From Stylophora pistillata (taxonomy: Eukaryota), in assembly GCF_002571385.2 (NCBI RefSeq), contig NW_019217806.1:1223644-1287643 (forward strand): a DNA stretch of 64,000 nucleotides, given 5' to 3'. Below are positions 13,701 to 26,700 of the stretch, one piece after another; the first letter of the stretch is position 1, and each line of letters opens with the position of its first letter. The position numbers and the translations under genes are program-made. The notes beneath the pieces were generated by a model, which did not search any database, was not told where the DNA came from, and was given only the letters and a program-made list of their open reading frames with translations.

Positions 13701-15918
13701 TCTAGTCCAAAGGATAACAATCTTTGTGACCAAATATATTGTTGCTATCCCTGACAGATGTATGATCAAACGTACAGAACATTTCCTTCACACCTTACAC
13801 AAAGTCATCCACAGAAACCGAATTTTGAAGATCGAAATTGAAATTTAAAATCTTCAGACATATACCACACCCGGTGAGTTAATTAACAGTGACCTGTTTT
13901 CGTTACGCTGATTATAGTTTTTTGGATGTTGTTTTGTTAATATTTCGATTACTCTGAGACTTCACTTTTAATTCTAATCAGATCTATTGCAACCTTTCTC
14001 GCCAATGCAATGATTTATTTCCACACTTTCGACTGATTTTATGAGAGATGCAGCAATTTGTGTTTATAAAGTCGTTAAAGAAATTGATAGCATTTTACTG
14101 TGTTGTCTTTGGAAACAAAACGAAATTGACTTGCGCGAAAATGCAATGGTAAATGTGAATAGTACTGTTTACTAAACTTATACACACTACAATATGATAA
14201 ATATCTAAATAACTTGAATTCATAGCCTTTTCCTTTAACATCATTGTGCGCTCATTTTATGTTCTAATTTGGCTTTAAAAAAGTATCGCAGAATCTAATA
14301 GACAGATATTGAATCGGCAGAAATCACTTAACCCGTTAAAATTATGATCTGTTTAATGAAGAACTTACACATTTTATTCAAAGGACAGATCTTACAAAGA
14401 AACGTGTTATGCTACCTAGTTGCTAACAGAAACACAATCACGCCAAGAAAGGAAAAGAAAAAAAAAGGGGAACGAAACCAGACAAATTCCTAATTCATAT
14501 GCACCCTAGTATCTTTCTCAATATTCGTTGATTGGATGTTAATTTCTCTGTATTTCCGATATGTACAATATACTGGAGAATTTTGACTCCTATAAACTTT
14601 TGAATTTGAGAGGAGTTCAGAAAATAATTACTTTCTGTCGAGCTAAGGGCTTTTTTCAGCTCTTAGCAACCAAAGAGCTCTATTGCCGATGAGGCCCTAA
14701 CACCCGTATCTGAGTAAAACGAAAACTGACGGACGTGAATAATATTCTGTTAATTTTGGCTACAAAAATACAAAAATAGTAAGGCTACTAAGTGTAATTG
14801 GTGGAGGTTAATTAAATTGTATTTTATGGTCAACTCTCTCAGGGTTTACCAGAAAAGGTGGCGTATAAATCTATCAACTTTTTCCCCGCCATGATTAGAG
14901 CAATATCGCAGCGTTTTGAACTATGAGAACAGCAAAAAAATCAAAGATTATTGCCGAAGTCGTGAAATTCAAAAGTGATACTCGAATCATCCCTAGAATG
15001 AAAAAGACCTTTTGTTTACACACTTTTGCTCTTTCTGCTGCCTGTTAAATCCCGCAACAATTGCGTAACTTGTGAATGGTTCGCTGTCTTATAGAGTGGT
15101 GAGGCGTTGCGCTCCAAACAAAAGCTTTTAAAATCGTTAAGTGATTTTTTGTCTGGCCTAAAAGGGGATGACGGTTTTGTGTCAAGTACCTACGTTGTAT
15201 TTCTTTTGGCACCTTTCAGGAATTGTGCTCATCTCGCCCCATTTCTCTTCGAGTACTCTAAGTTGTCAAAGAGTCTATATTTCAAATTCAAGTTTAATTT
15301 TCAAGTTCGTACCTATAAGGTAGGTCATGGACAACACTGCAGGACCGTATTAAACCACGAAATAATGGAAAATCTTTCTGTAAAACTGGAATTCCTTAAC
15401 CAAATAGATTTGAGCTCGGCCTTCTCAACATCGAATATAATTTCTTTAAAAAATGAGAAATGCTAAGAATTTTTTCAATTGTATGTCGATTATAATATTT
15501 CTTAAAAGAGTTTTTCACCATGAAAATATGAAACGTTTTAAATTAAGTTTGTAAAAAGTTAAAACTTGATTGCTACAGTTGGTATTGGGTTCGAGTATTT
15601 GAGTGACTTGGTACTTAACTCTATAGAACCATACACTCCATTTCATACAAGGCGCCAGAATTGTAGTCTACTGTAATTTGTGTTGAATCGGAAACTGTTC
15701 CTATGAACAAATAATCTCTGGTTCGAAGCCAAATGACCGTGTAGGATCTTCATTGAGATACAGAATATCAGTCAATTGATCGGGGAATCCGATTGTCCAT
15801 GCAAGAGAGGTCCTGACAAGGACTGCTGTTGGTAGAAGTGATCGATGGACTTTGCGGAAGTAATCATAGAAGTCGGGTCCTTCCAAGGAAAACACTAGCA
15901 CACTGAGGAAAACATTGG

Positions 15919-16245
15919 GCATGCGCAAGGGAGGTTAGCCGGGCGCGTGCCAATTTCCCGCGCAAAATCTTGAGGAAAAGTTAAAAGAAACAACCGCTGT
16001 AATTCATAATGCGCGAAAAAAATTGAAACGTTTATAGAAATCGGTAAAAGGTTACAAAGTAGGAAAAAGGAAAACCTCGAGACTCTTTGTACACAAAGCT
16101 TATTTAATTACGGGTTTCTAGCCGATTTACAATTTCCATTGAGTTTTCAAACCCTGAGACTCAAATCCCTTGTGTGGTTGTCTACAAATTGTGTAGGACA
16201 ATTTGATTCTGGCGGCCCGAGAGCAAATACAACGTCTACACATGC
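15919..16245 (-). repeat. Old ~330-370 bp repeat (MITE-like), inverted partner of 20681-21049
   Basis: The reverse complement aligns block by block with 20681-21049: ACCCGTAATYAAATAAG, GATTTCTATRAACGTTT, GCGGGAAATTGGC, CCTTGYGCATGC. Confidence 0.7.
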
Positions 16246-16844
16246 GCAAACTTTTGACAGACAGACAATCAGAGGACACGACTTAATGTTACTCGTGGGT
16301 TCAAACCTTTTCATCCTCGCTAAAAGAATTCGAAAAAAAAAAAAAAAAAAAAACTCTTAAAATAAGCCTTCCTCGTCTTCCATGAAGACCAACACGATGT
16401 TCTTTTTTTCTTCTTGGCTCAAAAATGCAAAATTATTCACCAGACAAAAATTATAACCGTAAGATAATGATGATTACTTTTTACAACAGAATATTGTTTT
16501 AGCTGCAATTGAATTGTCGACTTTATGAGCTTTTACCAAAAAAAAAGACAGACTTCTTGTCTGTTTTTCGGGAAGACAGCTTGAAATCGATCGTCGCAGT
16601 TTTGATTTTCGACTCCGTAAAACACTCTCCAAAGCCACGAGAAAGGTTAGTTAGAATCTGTTGGTGACCAATTTCCTTTAAAGCTAAGATTTTCTCTCGC
16701 TTCTACCATTTTTCATTGTCTTATCAGGCCACCAGGATTAACATATAACAAAATTCGTCCGAGTGACTACAACTAAAAAGGACCTATTTTCTCAACAAAT
16801 TGCTTCATTTAGTTCAAGTGCTTTTAACCTTGTCTGTCTTAGAA

Positions 16845-17020
16845 TCTAATAATAATAATAGTAATAATAATAGTAATAATAATAAAATATTTATATAGCG
16901 CACAATCCACTATTTGTCCATTGCGCTTTACATCAATAAGTTAAAAATCATCTGAAAATAAAAGAGTTAAAAAGCTTGATTAAAAATATATGTTTTTAAA
17001 TGTCGATAAAAATGTCTATC
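16845..17020 (-). mobile_element. 3' tail fragment of an L2/CR1-type LINE
   Basis: (AAT)n run followed by ATTTATATAGCGC...GCGCTTTACA, the usual antisense appearance of an L2-type 3' end. Confidence 0.5.
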
Positions 17021-17619
17021 GAATCTACCAAAATATAATAAAAAATTTTACGCCACGTATTTTGTTTGATCAGTTGCGCCAAAGTCATGAACTCGAGTAA
17101 TCTTTTTTATCGACAATTCAACTAACGTTTCAACCTCAAACACACGTGACATTCACTCATTCGCCACGCTGTTTGAGTTATGTTTGATGTAGCCTGCAAA
17201 GTGGGTATGGGATGAGATGAGATCTCCGTTAAAACTCGACGAAATGGTCTAAAATCGTTACCAAAGAACAAAAATAACACAAACTACACTATATGAAGAG
17301 TTTATGCTATATTATTTACGGAGTTCCATGGCGAAGCGTAACCTCCCATACAAAGCTCTATCCTTTCATAGAGAGCTTGTAATATTATCCTCTCATGGAA
17401 AGCTTGGCACCCCTGTGCTTGGACTAGATCGGTGTTGAAACTTATTATTGCGGTGGGGGCACCATGAGGGACGCGACGATCCGAGGTTAACCTCACGGAG
17501 CCGTACTCCTCCCCCCCAAGGGAAAGGGAGCTGTATTTGATAGTTACCTGTCTTGCAATATTTTTTGCCTTACTTTAATATGTTACTTTTCTCATTTGTG
17601 TCATTATCCCAGCTAAAAG

Positions 17620-20297
17620 ATGCACGGATATGTTGTCACTATCTCCATCGTAGCTGGCATCTGTGTCTTTGTGGCCCTCGTGTATCTGGTCTTCAGAATC
17701 TACAAGAGGAGGGCAGAATTAGGAACTGACGCAGAGGTTGTGGGTCTGTGTCCCCCTAGCATTATTCTGACATCTGACAGCCCTGGGATGTCGAAAAAAA
17801 GACTCTACTCGCCCATCAGAGAAAGAGCTGGATCGATGGAGAAGGATGAAAAACTTCAAATGAAAGAGAAGAGAAAGGACATCAAAAGTTTATGGCTTCC
17901 GAAGAAGAAGACAAGTTTACCCGTCATGCAGGCAACCATGGTTCAACCAGCTGTACCGGAGCAAACAAAGGCATGTAAATTGACTCGTCACTCGCTCGCA
18001 TGATTGCGCGCGTGCGTGCGTGATCACTCGCGCGACACGTATTTTCTTTTCAGGGTCCTAACAAAGAATGTTTGCAAATTTTCAGGCATCCTGTCTAGAC
18101 AAGAAAAAGTTTTGGAAGACTGGCTGATAGGTGAAAAAAGGGCTCTCGTTGAGAAAAAAAAATTGATGCTAAAAACTCCGCAAACACTCAAAAGAAATTC
18201 GAGGCTTTTGTTTATATGGCATTTTTAAATTGCCCCAGCGATCAAGCATTCGCATGAAACACATTTGATTGGTGAGCGCATCTCAATTTCAATGACAAAT
18301 TTCGATTTAATTTCAGAATATTTACGATAAGTCCCTATTAACTGGCAACTCAACTACAATTCCCTGTGTATTTTGTATTTGAAATACAATCTCGGTAGCT
18401 TGTCGCAATGCTCGTCGTGTAAAAGTCACGAAACGTAGAACAAAAGCTGCCTCATTCTCGGTCCGCTACTGAATCATTTCCAGTCTTCTCCTTTAAGTAG
18501 CTTAACGTGATCCGCGCGTGCTTAGGATATGATCTGTGTTTGATTTGTTTCAGGATCAAGGTGGAAGAGGCCGGCTGACTTTCACTCTCCATTATCATTA
18601 TCAATATGCGTTGAAATCGTAAGTTGATCTTGTTCTTTAGTAAGTTAGTAAACACTTTATTTATAGAGGGTAGCACTAAATAGCTAAAAGCTAATCTTGA
18701 TGTGGCCCTCAATTATAAAAATAAGAGTAAATATTAAGCTAAATGGTAAAATAATTTAGACTACACTGTTCTTTAAAAATTACATTAAAAAGACTCTTCT
18801 TAAATGCAGGAAGAGAACCTTTTTGTCTTAATTCTAAAGGTAATTTATTCCATTGTCTGCATGCTCTGACTAAGAAAGACTTTCCACCTTCTGTCTCGTG
18901 TATATACTTAGGGAAAACTAAATTAAATTTAGCATACCTAGTATTTCTAGAGTGGACTTGATTATAAACAGTAAATTTTGAATTAAGTAATTCGGTAAGG
19001 TACCTTAAATAAGTTTAAAACTAAAGAACAACAACTTATCTTATTTTCTTCATAAAAAGCAATCCATTTTAACTTATTAAATAAACGTACAGATGGCAAA
19101 TCTCTATCAGCAGACAGAAAAACCCTATAGCCACCCTTTTTTGCAGCTTCAATACTGTTCAGACTCTTTATCACAACATGATCAGATAACACTAGCGTAG
19201 GTAATTATAGGATGAATTATCAAGTTGTAATATAATAATCTTTGCCTAAGAGGCAGATAAACTCTGATTTTTCTGAGAAGCGCTATACGATGCGAAAGCT
19301 TGTTACAAATTTTATCAACATGTTGACTAAACGATAGGTGACTATCAATGTCCAAACCCGACAGAGTAGCATTAGAAACATTTCTCACTAGTTCCTGATC
19401 ACTAAACTTCAATGATGGTTGAAAATCCAACTTGGATTCAAGTCTTTTGCCAGTCACGATCAGAACATTTGTCTTGTCTACATTAATGGCAAGTTTATTT
19501 GTCACTGCCCAGTTTTGGATTTCAGCTGTAGAATTATTGAGGTCACATTCAAGGTTATGCTTAAACTTATAGTCGGCAGAGCATGCAGGTAATAGTTGTA
19601 TCATCAGCATACAGATCTGTCTGCGCTGTGATATAAAGTGGCAAATCATTACGTCCTACATCCTTTTCTCTTCAACTCACAAAATACCTACCATCAAAAT
19701 GTGACCCATACGGTCCCGCGCACGTTTTTATTGGAAAACGAATCCGTATTAGCTCGATTGTACGATTCTGGATTGTTTTATCGTTATAAATTATAACTTT
19801 TTCTTAATGAAGAGGGACATACTCCGCGTTCCCCCCAGAACCCTCGTAGCCATGCCTGCTAATTCCATGAAGAAAAATTTTCTTACATGTTTGAGTTTTC
19901 TAAATCTGTCCCAGAAAGTTTTCACTTGTGTTCTTGCAGATCCGTTCTGCTCGTCAAACTTGCTAATGCCCAGCAATTACCGCCAAAAGATAATGATGAT
20001 CCCCCGGATGTGTTTGTCAAAACACAACTCGTCCCAAGCTGCAAGCGAGTTTACATCTCCAAAGTGCATAGAGGAACCTCGAACCCAGTCTTCGACGAGA
20101 CATACGAGTTTGATATCGAATATCAAGAGCTTCAGCAACAAAGGCTTTTGTTTGAGATTCTTGACTACGACTGCATGTCTCGATACAAACCAATTGGAGA
20201 AGTCAGCGTGCTTTTAGCAGAACTTGGAACACATGGTTTTAACATTTTGAGAGAAGTATCTCTGTGTGTTTATATTTCTAGACCCCAGAAAGATTGA
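17620..20297 (+). CDS. Synaptotagmin-like protein 2 (TM plus single C2 domain), about 257 aa
   Basis: Exons 17620-17970 (GC donor AAG|GCATGT needed for frame; tentative), 18554-18618 (DQGGRGRLTFTLHY...) and 19940-20297 (SVLLVKLANAQQLPPKDNDDPPDVFVK...TSNPVFDETYEF...ILDYDCMSRYKPIGEV...KD*). TM VVTISIVAGICVFVALVYLVF is followed by RIYKRR. Confidence 0.8.
18655..19650 (-). mobile_element. 5'-truncated, frameshifted CR1/L2-group LINE (RT C-terminal part plus 3' end) in an intron of synaptotagmin-like gene 2
   Basis: Minus strand encodes LYADDTT (about 19595-19615), then ...NWAVTNKLAINVDKT...DSHLSFSQHVDKICNKLS...LRKIRVYLP...LYYNLIIHPIITYASVI. It has stops and frameshifts and ends in ATAAATAAAGT. 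Confidence 0.88.
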
Positions 20298-20680
20298 ACC
20301 GGTTTATTTTAAATACCTTTCACTTGTATTGAGTTTGTACATAGTTTTCCTGTCAGTGATTACATTTCAAAAACATATGATGGGTCTTCAACGAGACATA
20401 CGATGGGTCTCACAGATCTGCTATTTAACAAGGAGATTTTAAGCTCGAGATTTCTATCACTTGATAGACGATGAGGGCGAAGCCTCGAAACAACTATCTC
20501 GGATGGAATTTGAGAGCAATAATCTTGTTGTTTTAGTTTAAATCTATTAGTCGTTCAAACTTAATAAAAAAAAACAGGCCCAATTTCTATTATTATTATT
20601 ACTAGTAGTAGTAGTAATAGTAAAAGTATTATTACTTCGTTTACAACCGCACGCTGTTGGCACAGCGGTCCAACGTCTAT

Positions 20681-21049
20681 GCATGCGCGAACGTTGTAGT
20701 GGGGGAGTGGTGACGTACTTCCATGCTATCAGAACCTTTGTCAGGAATTATAAGCAACCACGCAAGCCAGTCAGTCAAGGTGTTTAAAAAGCGCATAACG
20801 GTTTCGATAAAGCTCAAAACAAAATTGTAAATTAACAGGATACCCGTAATCAAATAAGTTTTGAGGTCTAAAGGTCTCAAGTTTTCCTTTTCCCGGCTTA
20901 CTTTTGTTTCCTTTACAGATTTCTATGAACGTTTCCTTCCCCCCCTTTCCATGTATTTTTTCGACGAATGTTGTTTCTTATGTTTTTCTTGTAAATTTTT
21001 GGCGGGAAATTGGCGCGCGGTCAGCCGAGGTTAATCTCCTTGTGCATGC
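20681..21049 (+). repeat. Old MITE-like repeat, inverted partner of 15919-16245
   Basis: See the partner entry. Both ends carry GCATGCGC motifs and it contains E2F-like TTTGGCGGGAAA. Confidence 0.7.
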
Positions 21050-21841
21050 GCGACGTTTGACCACTGTGATATCTGCTGTGTTCACTTTACTCATTTTCTA
21101 TCAAAACGTCAAAGAGGAACGCATGACTGGTGGCTTGAAGTCGTGCAACCGCTGAAAATCGCGGGAAAAAGTGCATCGGCAACAAACTATTGCAACAACG
21201 TTTAGAAAATGAACTTAAATCGACTTGACAAATATTAACAAAAATTATGAAAAAATGCTCAGCGGATTGTGTCCGTGAGTTGTAGGAAAGTCGCTTTCAA
21301 ATTTTACTAATACTTTTATATGTTGTAGATATTTGCTCAAAAATCATCATTTAGTTTATCTATTGATAAATTATCAGAATAATTTTTAGGTGTAAAACGT
21401 ATGAAAGTTGTGTATAATTGTTTAAGTCTTAACTTTTAAATAAAGAAATGAAATTTGATACACTGTCTTTTGTAGTTTTGTTGGTTTCCCACCATGCAAT
21501 GGTTTTCGAGGATCAATGTCGGAGCAACTGCGCACCAACCCCTCCCCCCAACCCAACATTAACCTTAGATTGTTATCAGTAGACTGTTGCTGGTTTAGGG
21601 GAGGGGTGGGTACGCGGCTGCTCAAGTGCTGACACCGATCCATTTTCCATCTATGAGAAGATGCACGCTGCTAGAGAGTTTTCAGGAATGGCTTACAATT
21701 GGAAGAATTGATAGAAATATAAGAACATCTCTTTAATAAATACGTTGATTAATCGTGGGGCGATTTCACGTGATTGTCGAGAAACTTAAGAAATACCAGA
21801 GAAAACTAAAATGCAAGAAACTTGCTTTAAACACGAAGGCG

Positions 21842-22431
21842 CGCTATATAATGAAGTCTTCCCTGGGAAGACCTAGGCTCATTTGTAACTCACCGTTGAC
21901 GTGTGCGGGTCAAATTTAAATGCTGGTAGACGAACAAAAGGAGCTAATGAGATATCTATTGTGAAGGTGTAGTCTGATCGTCCGGATGAGTGTACGGTAT
22001 GGTTGTTGTAGTCGTAGGGGTTGAAGTGATAGGAAATGCCTAACCTACAGGGGTTGCGCAATGCCTAACCTACAGCACTGACTATTTTTAACGACTGACT
22101 CTGGAAAGCTGGTTTACTAACTTAGAACAGACTCCCCTAAACAGATGTCAACAACTACCCGCTACGGTGGCTCAGAAGGCTCAACGCAAACAAAAAATAT
22201 ACTGCAGCAAATAAAAAATATACCGCAGCAAATAAAAAATATACTGCAGCAAATAAAAAATATACTGCAGCAACTAAAAAATATATTGCAGCAAATAAAA
22301 AAATCAAAACNGCTATATAAGGAAGTCTTCCCTGGGAAGACCTAGGCTCATTTGTCACTCACCGTTGACGTGTGCGGGTCAAATTTAAATGCTGGTAGAC
22401 GAACAAAAGGAGCTAATGAGATATCTATTGT
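21842..22431. repeat. ~120-bp direct duplication bracketing a 21-bp minisatellite (AAAAAATATACTGCAGCAAAT, about 5 copies), inside a MITE
   Basis: 21842-21962 is nearly identical to 22312-22431. The tandem array spans about 22190-22300. An N at 22311 sits exactly at the junction. Confidence 0.85.
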
Positions 22432-23757
22432 TTACTTCCACCAGCATGGTGGCATGAGGTAACGTGCGAACCACCTACTTCGATCTCAAATTTACCGCCA
22501 CAAATAAAGACAGTTTCCATTGGAGAAAGGAAATACAAATCTCAAAAATTCTTGTATTGTGATGAAGACATAAAACAATTTTGAGGAATGCGCCAGCTGT
22601 TCACTGCTTTGGTGTAGCTGTAGCTCAAGCTGACTTGACTCTAAGAGTTCTACATCACACGACGGTTGATTGACAAATGGTCCAGTGGGACCTAAGGCTC
22701 CTTTTATAGTGCACCTTCGTGTTTAAGACTCGGGGGAAACATAGAAAACTATTGTCATTTTAAACAAACCAAATTATACCAATCAGATTTGTGCATTTTG
22801 TTAGAGCATGTTCACGCGCGAAAGTTTCAAACTCTGTTTGTTTGGAAGGCCACGTTGTGGCCGACGAAACGCTCTCTGTAAAATTTCGCCTTCTCTTCAC
22901 TGGAATTTCTCTGATATTATTGCAAAATATTTTGCTGAAAATTTCAGGTTAGTGACAAATCTTTCACATACAAAGTATCTTAACTTCTTTTGGGGTGTAT
23001 TTTTTTTAGATGCCCTCGTTTAAATTGGCGAGTTTTTCGACACAATAAATATGTGATAAGAAGAAATAATATTTTGCAAATTTTAAGGACATTGTTTTGT
23101 CGCTCTTTCAACGTAAAAGCTGCATTTGTCGCTGAGGGAGTCGAAGTCGGGCGCTTTAAGCTTACGAACTACAAAAAGATGGAAAGAATAAACCAATAAC
23201 ACGTTCATACCAATAGCACGAACGGGATAATAAACAAAAAAAAAAAGAAATCTAAAAGGCATCAACATTTGTCGAAACCTGAAGCTTGAGAAAAAAGGAG
23301 CGATATTCAGTGATACAAACCGAAGAGAACTTCGTATAACTTCAAATTTGCCCAATGTGCCGCTCCGTTTCTGATATTAATGCTGTAAAACGTTTCATCT
23401 ACTAGAAATGTCTCTTGAACAACAGCAGATAAGAAAAAATTCGCCTTGTCGCCCCTTTCCACCTTAACATCAGTATGCATATTCTCCATATTGTTCTCTA
23501 TACATTTCCTAAGGTGCTGACAAGGAGTGGTTTGTCCAGAAATCAAGAGCTTCTACAGTTCGTGACCATTTTTTTCGAATTCTCATAACCCTAATGTTTG
23601 ATCCAGAGGCTATACTGTTGTGAGAAATCAGATGCTCATCATACGGTTAAGGATTAAATGGGTAATTGACTTGTTCGCTTTGAAGGTACCTCATTTATTC
23701 AGATTTTTACGTTCTGAAGGCAAGCCCGTCAGATGTCAGCTTAATCTTGTCGTGGAA

Positions 23758-26700
23758 ATGCACACTGCCATTCTCTACGCTCTTCCTTTTGTGATCCTGT
23801 TCCTTCTGTTGGCTGGATTGGTGTCATGTCTCCTAATATTGAGAAGAAGGATGGGGCGTCAGTCGCGGAGAATGCGTGACCGTCTCCCGACGTCTTCTGA
23901 GCTGCGGAGTAAAAGAATTCCTGTGATCGAAAGCATGGAATTTTGGGTTCCAGGGACAGTGGGCGATGTTGTTGGAATTGAGATTCAACCTTCGCCTCGG
24001 CTCATGATGCCGATCTCTTTTTCGACGCCAAAACAACTTCACAGTGAAAAAGGGGTACGTGAGTAGAATAAGTGAAGGATTTTTAGGGCCAAACAGGCTT
24101 TTCTTTTAGATAATTTAAGAATTTTGAGAACATTTAGAGATATTCAGATGATAATATCTAAAAAAAACAAAACAAAAAAACAAAAAAAAACAACCGATCG
24201 CATAAAAACTAATTTATGTGGTTCATAGAACTTACTCAGTCAACTGTTTATCGTCGTTACCGTTTGTTTGAGGAAGAAATATGACAAACCACCTAAAACA
24301 TTAAGTAAAAAAATGATCATTTTGGTTCCGTTTGAAGGTGCCTCCATACAATTTCACCACAGGAATCTTGCATTTTGTGCAAATTATGGGATTATATCGA
24401 AAACAGTTTTGAGATGAATTGGAATTTTTCGAAAAAATTTTTTTAAGGCCTTAGAGATAAAATGAAATTTAGGGAAATTGTTTGGAGAATTTCCGGAATG
24501 ACTTTAAGGCCATTTTTCGGGATTTCTGTCTCCAAGCCTAGAGAGTGCCAAGCCATCTGAATACTTGCTTGCAGCACGCGTAGATTCATGCTAGGCGAGC
24601 GTGAATAGCGAATCACGCGTGACAAAGTGACACCTGAACGCAGGTCATCGTTTTCGCTGTTCTGGCTCTTATATCTCAATGCATCACTTAAGATGTCAAT
24701 TTCTTTCTTCCTCGCGTGCGTGAATCACCATCGCGATCGTCTCGTACACTCTGAAAAACCAAACGGAAATAGGAAATGCCGCCTGTCTCGCCTAATACTT
24801 GAATACAGACTTGAGACTTCTTCATGACATTTTGGCCAAACCCCAGCCCTTAAGAGAATGTAATTAATTTTTCCCGCAGGATAAAGATGAAGCCCCGAAG
24901 CTTAAATTTTCAATCCAGTATCATAAAGTTAGGTAAGACATCTTTATGACTTAACCATGCGTGAACAATTGCACATGCGCACGGGTGTTGCTCTTTCGCA
25001 GGCGCGTGTTACTTGCGCCCTTGCCGGACCGGGCGCCTGTGTAGGCTAGAGAGAGCTTTTCGTCCCGCGCTTTTCGAAAAATTTGGATATTTGAGAGAAA
25101 ATTTCCTCTCGCTTTCGAATCTAGTGGCTTTTTCTTAATGCATTATGATGACGAATGTCTTATTTATACAGTGGTTTGCTGGAAGTTCAGCTTCTGGGCA
25201 CACAGAACATATCTGTGGGCAGTAGCCTTGATGACGAGTTTTACGACTCGGCCTTCTTGTTCGCTGACGTTCAACTCACTCAGCAGGTGAGAAACTAACA
25301 ATCACATCCAACCTCGTTCCCAGGGCTTTTCCTTTTTTGAATATTTTGGGGGGCGGGAAAAATATTCAAAAAGGGAAAAGCCCTGGGAACGAAGTTGAAT
25401 CAGATCGGGGGACTTCCCTCTAAAGGTAACAAACGTGCAACAAACGGGGCACAATTTTCGGACTCTTGAACCTCGAGACTATCAGCGGATTTAAGTGCAA
25501 CCCTTCAACAGTGTGTAACCTCGGCGAACAGTGATTTACTAAGAGTTGCCTATTTATTATTTTTTTTATTTGATTTTGAAAATTCTGCAAAAATATTCAT
25601 AACTCGATATGCTACAATTTTTTTCGCAAAATTATTTGACAGTGAGATTGCGTTGCAAATCAAGTCGCCCTCCTTGATGCCAGGATGGCGTATATTGGTG
25701 ATTGGCCATTGGTTAAACTGTATCAGGCGGTACAAAATTCAGTACCCTAGTTGACTATAGATCATAGTGCCCCCGTATACCCCTTTATTGGTATCAAAGT
25801 ATCACACTAAACGGACAAAAGGACCAAAGTTGCAAAAACTGCGATCAAACGTCAGATCAAACTTCCGTCGGCCATGCGTCCATATCCCGCGCAAAAACAA
25901 ACAACGAATTTCAGCAAAAAATTTTGAAGAAAAAAAGAAACATTCATGGAATTCCCTAAGAGGAAACCAAAAACAAGGCAAGCAAAAAATGTTTTTACTA
26001 AAGCCAATCACAACAAAGGAAAAACCAATATAAATTCAAATTTAGCAAGAAACGAGCAAATTGACTAAAGCGCTGGAAAATGAGTGACCAAGACGTGTTT
26101 GGTTCTAGTTTGTCATCTGATTGGTTAAGGGGGAGGGGAAAGTTTTCTGAACCAATCACAGAGCGGAGTATCGGAAAACCAATCCAACCCCACAGTACTT
26201 AGGATACCCAATTAAAATTGTCTTCCTGCAATCTGTATCGCCTCAGGAGAAGACAAAGCAGAGATTGCGTCTGATGTCCCGTCGCCGGCGCCGACGTCAC
26301 AAGTCTTTTGAAATCGAGATGAGCTACGAAGAGCTGCGACTTCAGACCCTTCAGTTCTGTGTTATGGGATTCGACGAATACTCACGACAGAAGGTTATTG
26401 GTGATGTGTTATTGCCACTAGCCGAACTTGCGCAAGAGGGCATGGACGTAACCAAGGAGCTTGTGATGTGGAGGGATATACAAACGAGGCAGCCGGTATT
26501 GAGTACAATCTTTGAACGTTTTGTTATTTCTATCCTTAGTTAGAATAGAAAAAAAGGAATAGCGGAAATTTCAAGGCGGGAAACTGGGTCGGCTCGATTT
26601 CTGCTGCAACCAGGGAGTCTTGGACCTGGAGTGCAGGCTCATTTCCCGAACAGCGGCTGCTTATCGAATGTACAGGCGAGTTAGAAAAAAAAATCTAAAT

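Noticed and set aside
22145-22358. Heptad-repeat and hydrophobic ORFs on both strands
   Set aside because: Products of the 21-bp minisatellite, and they span an N.
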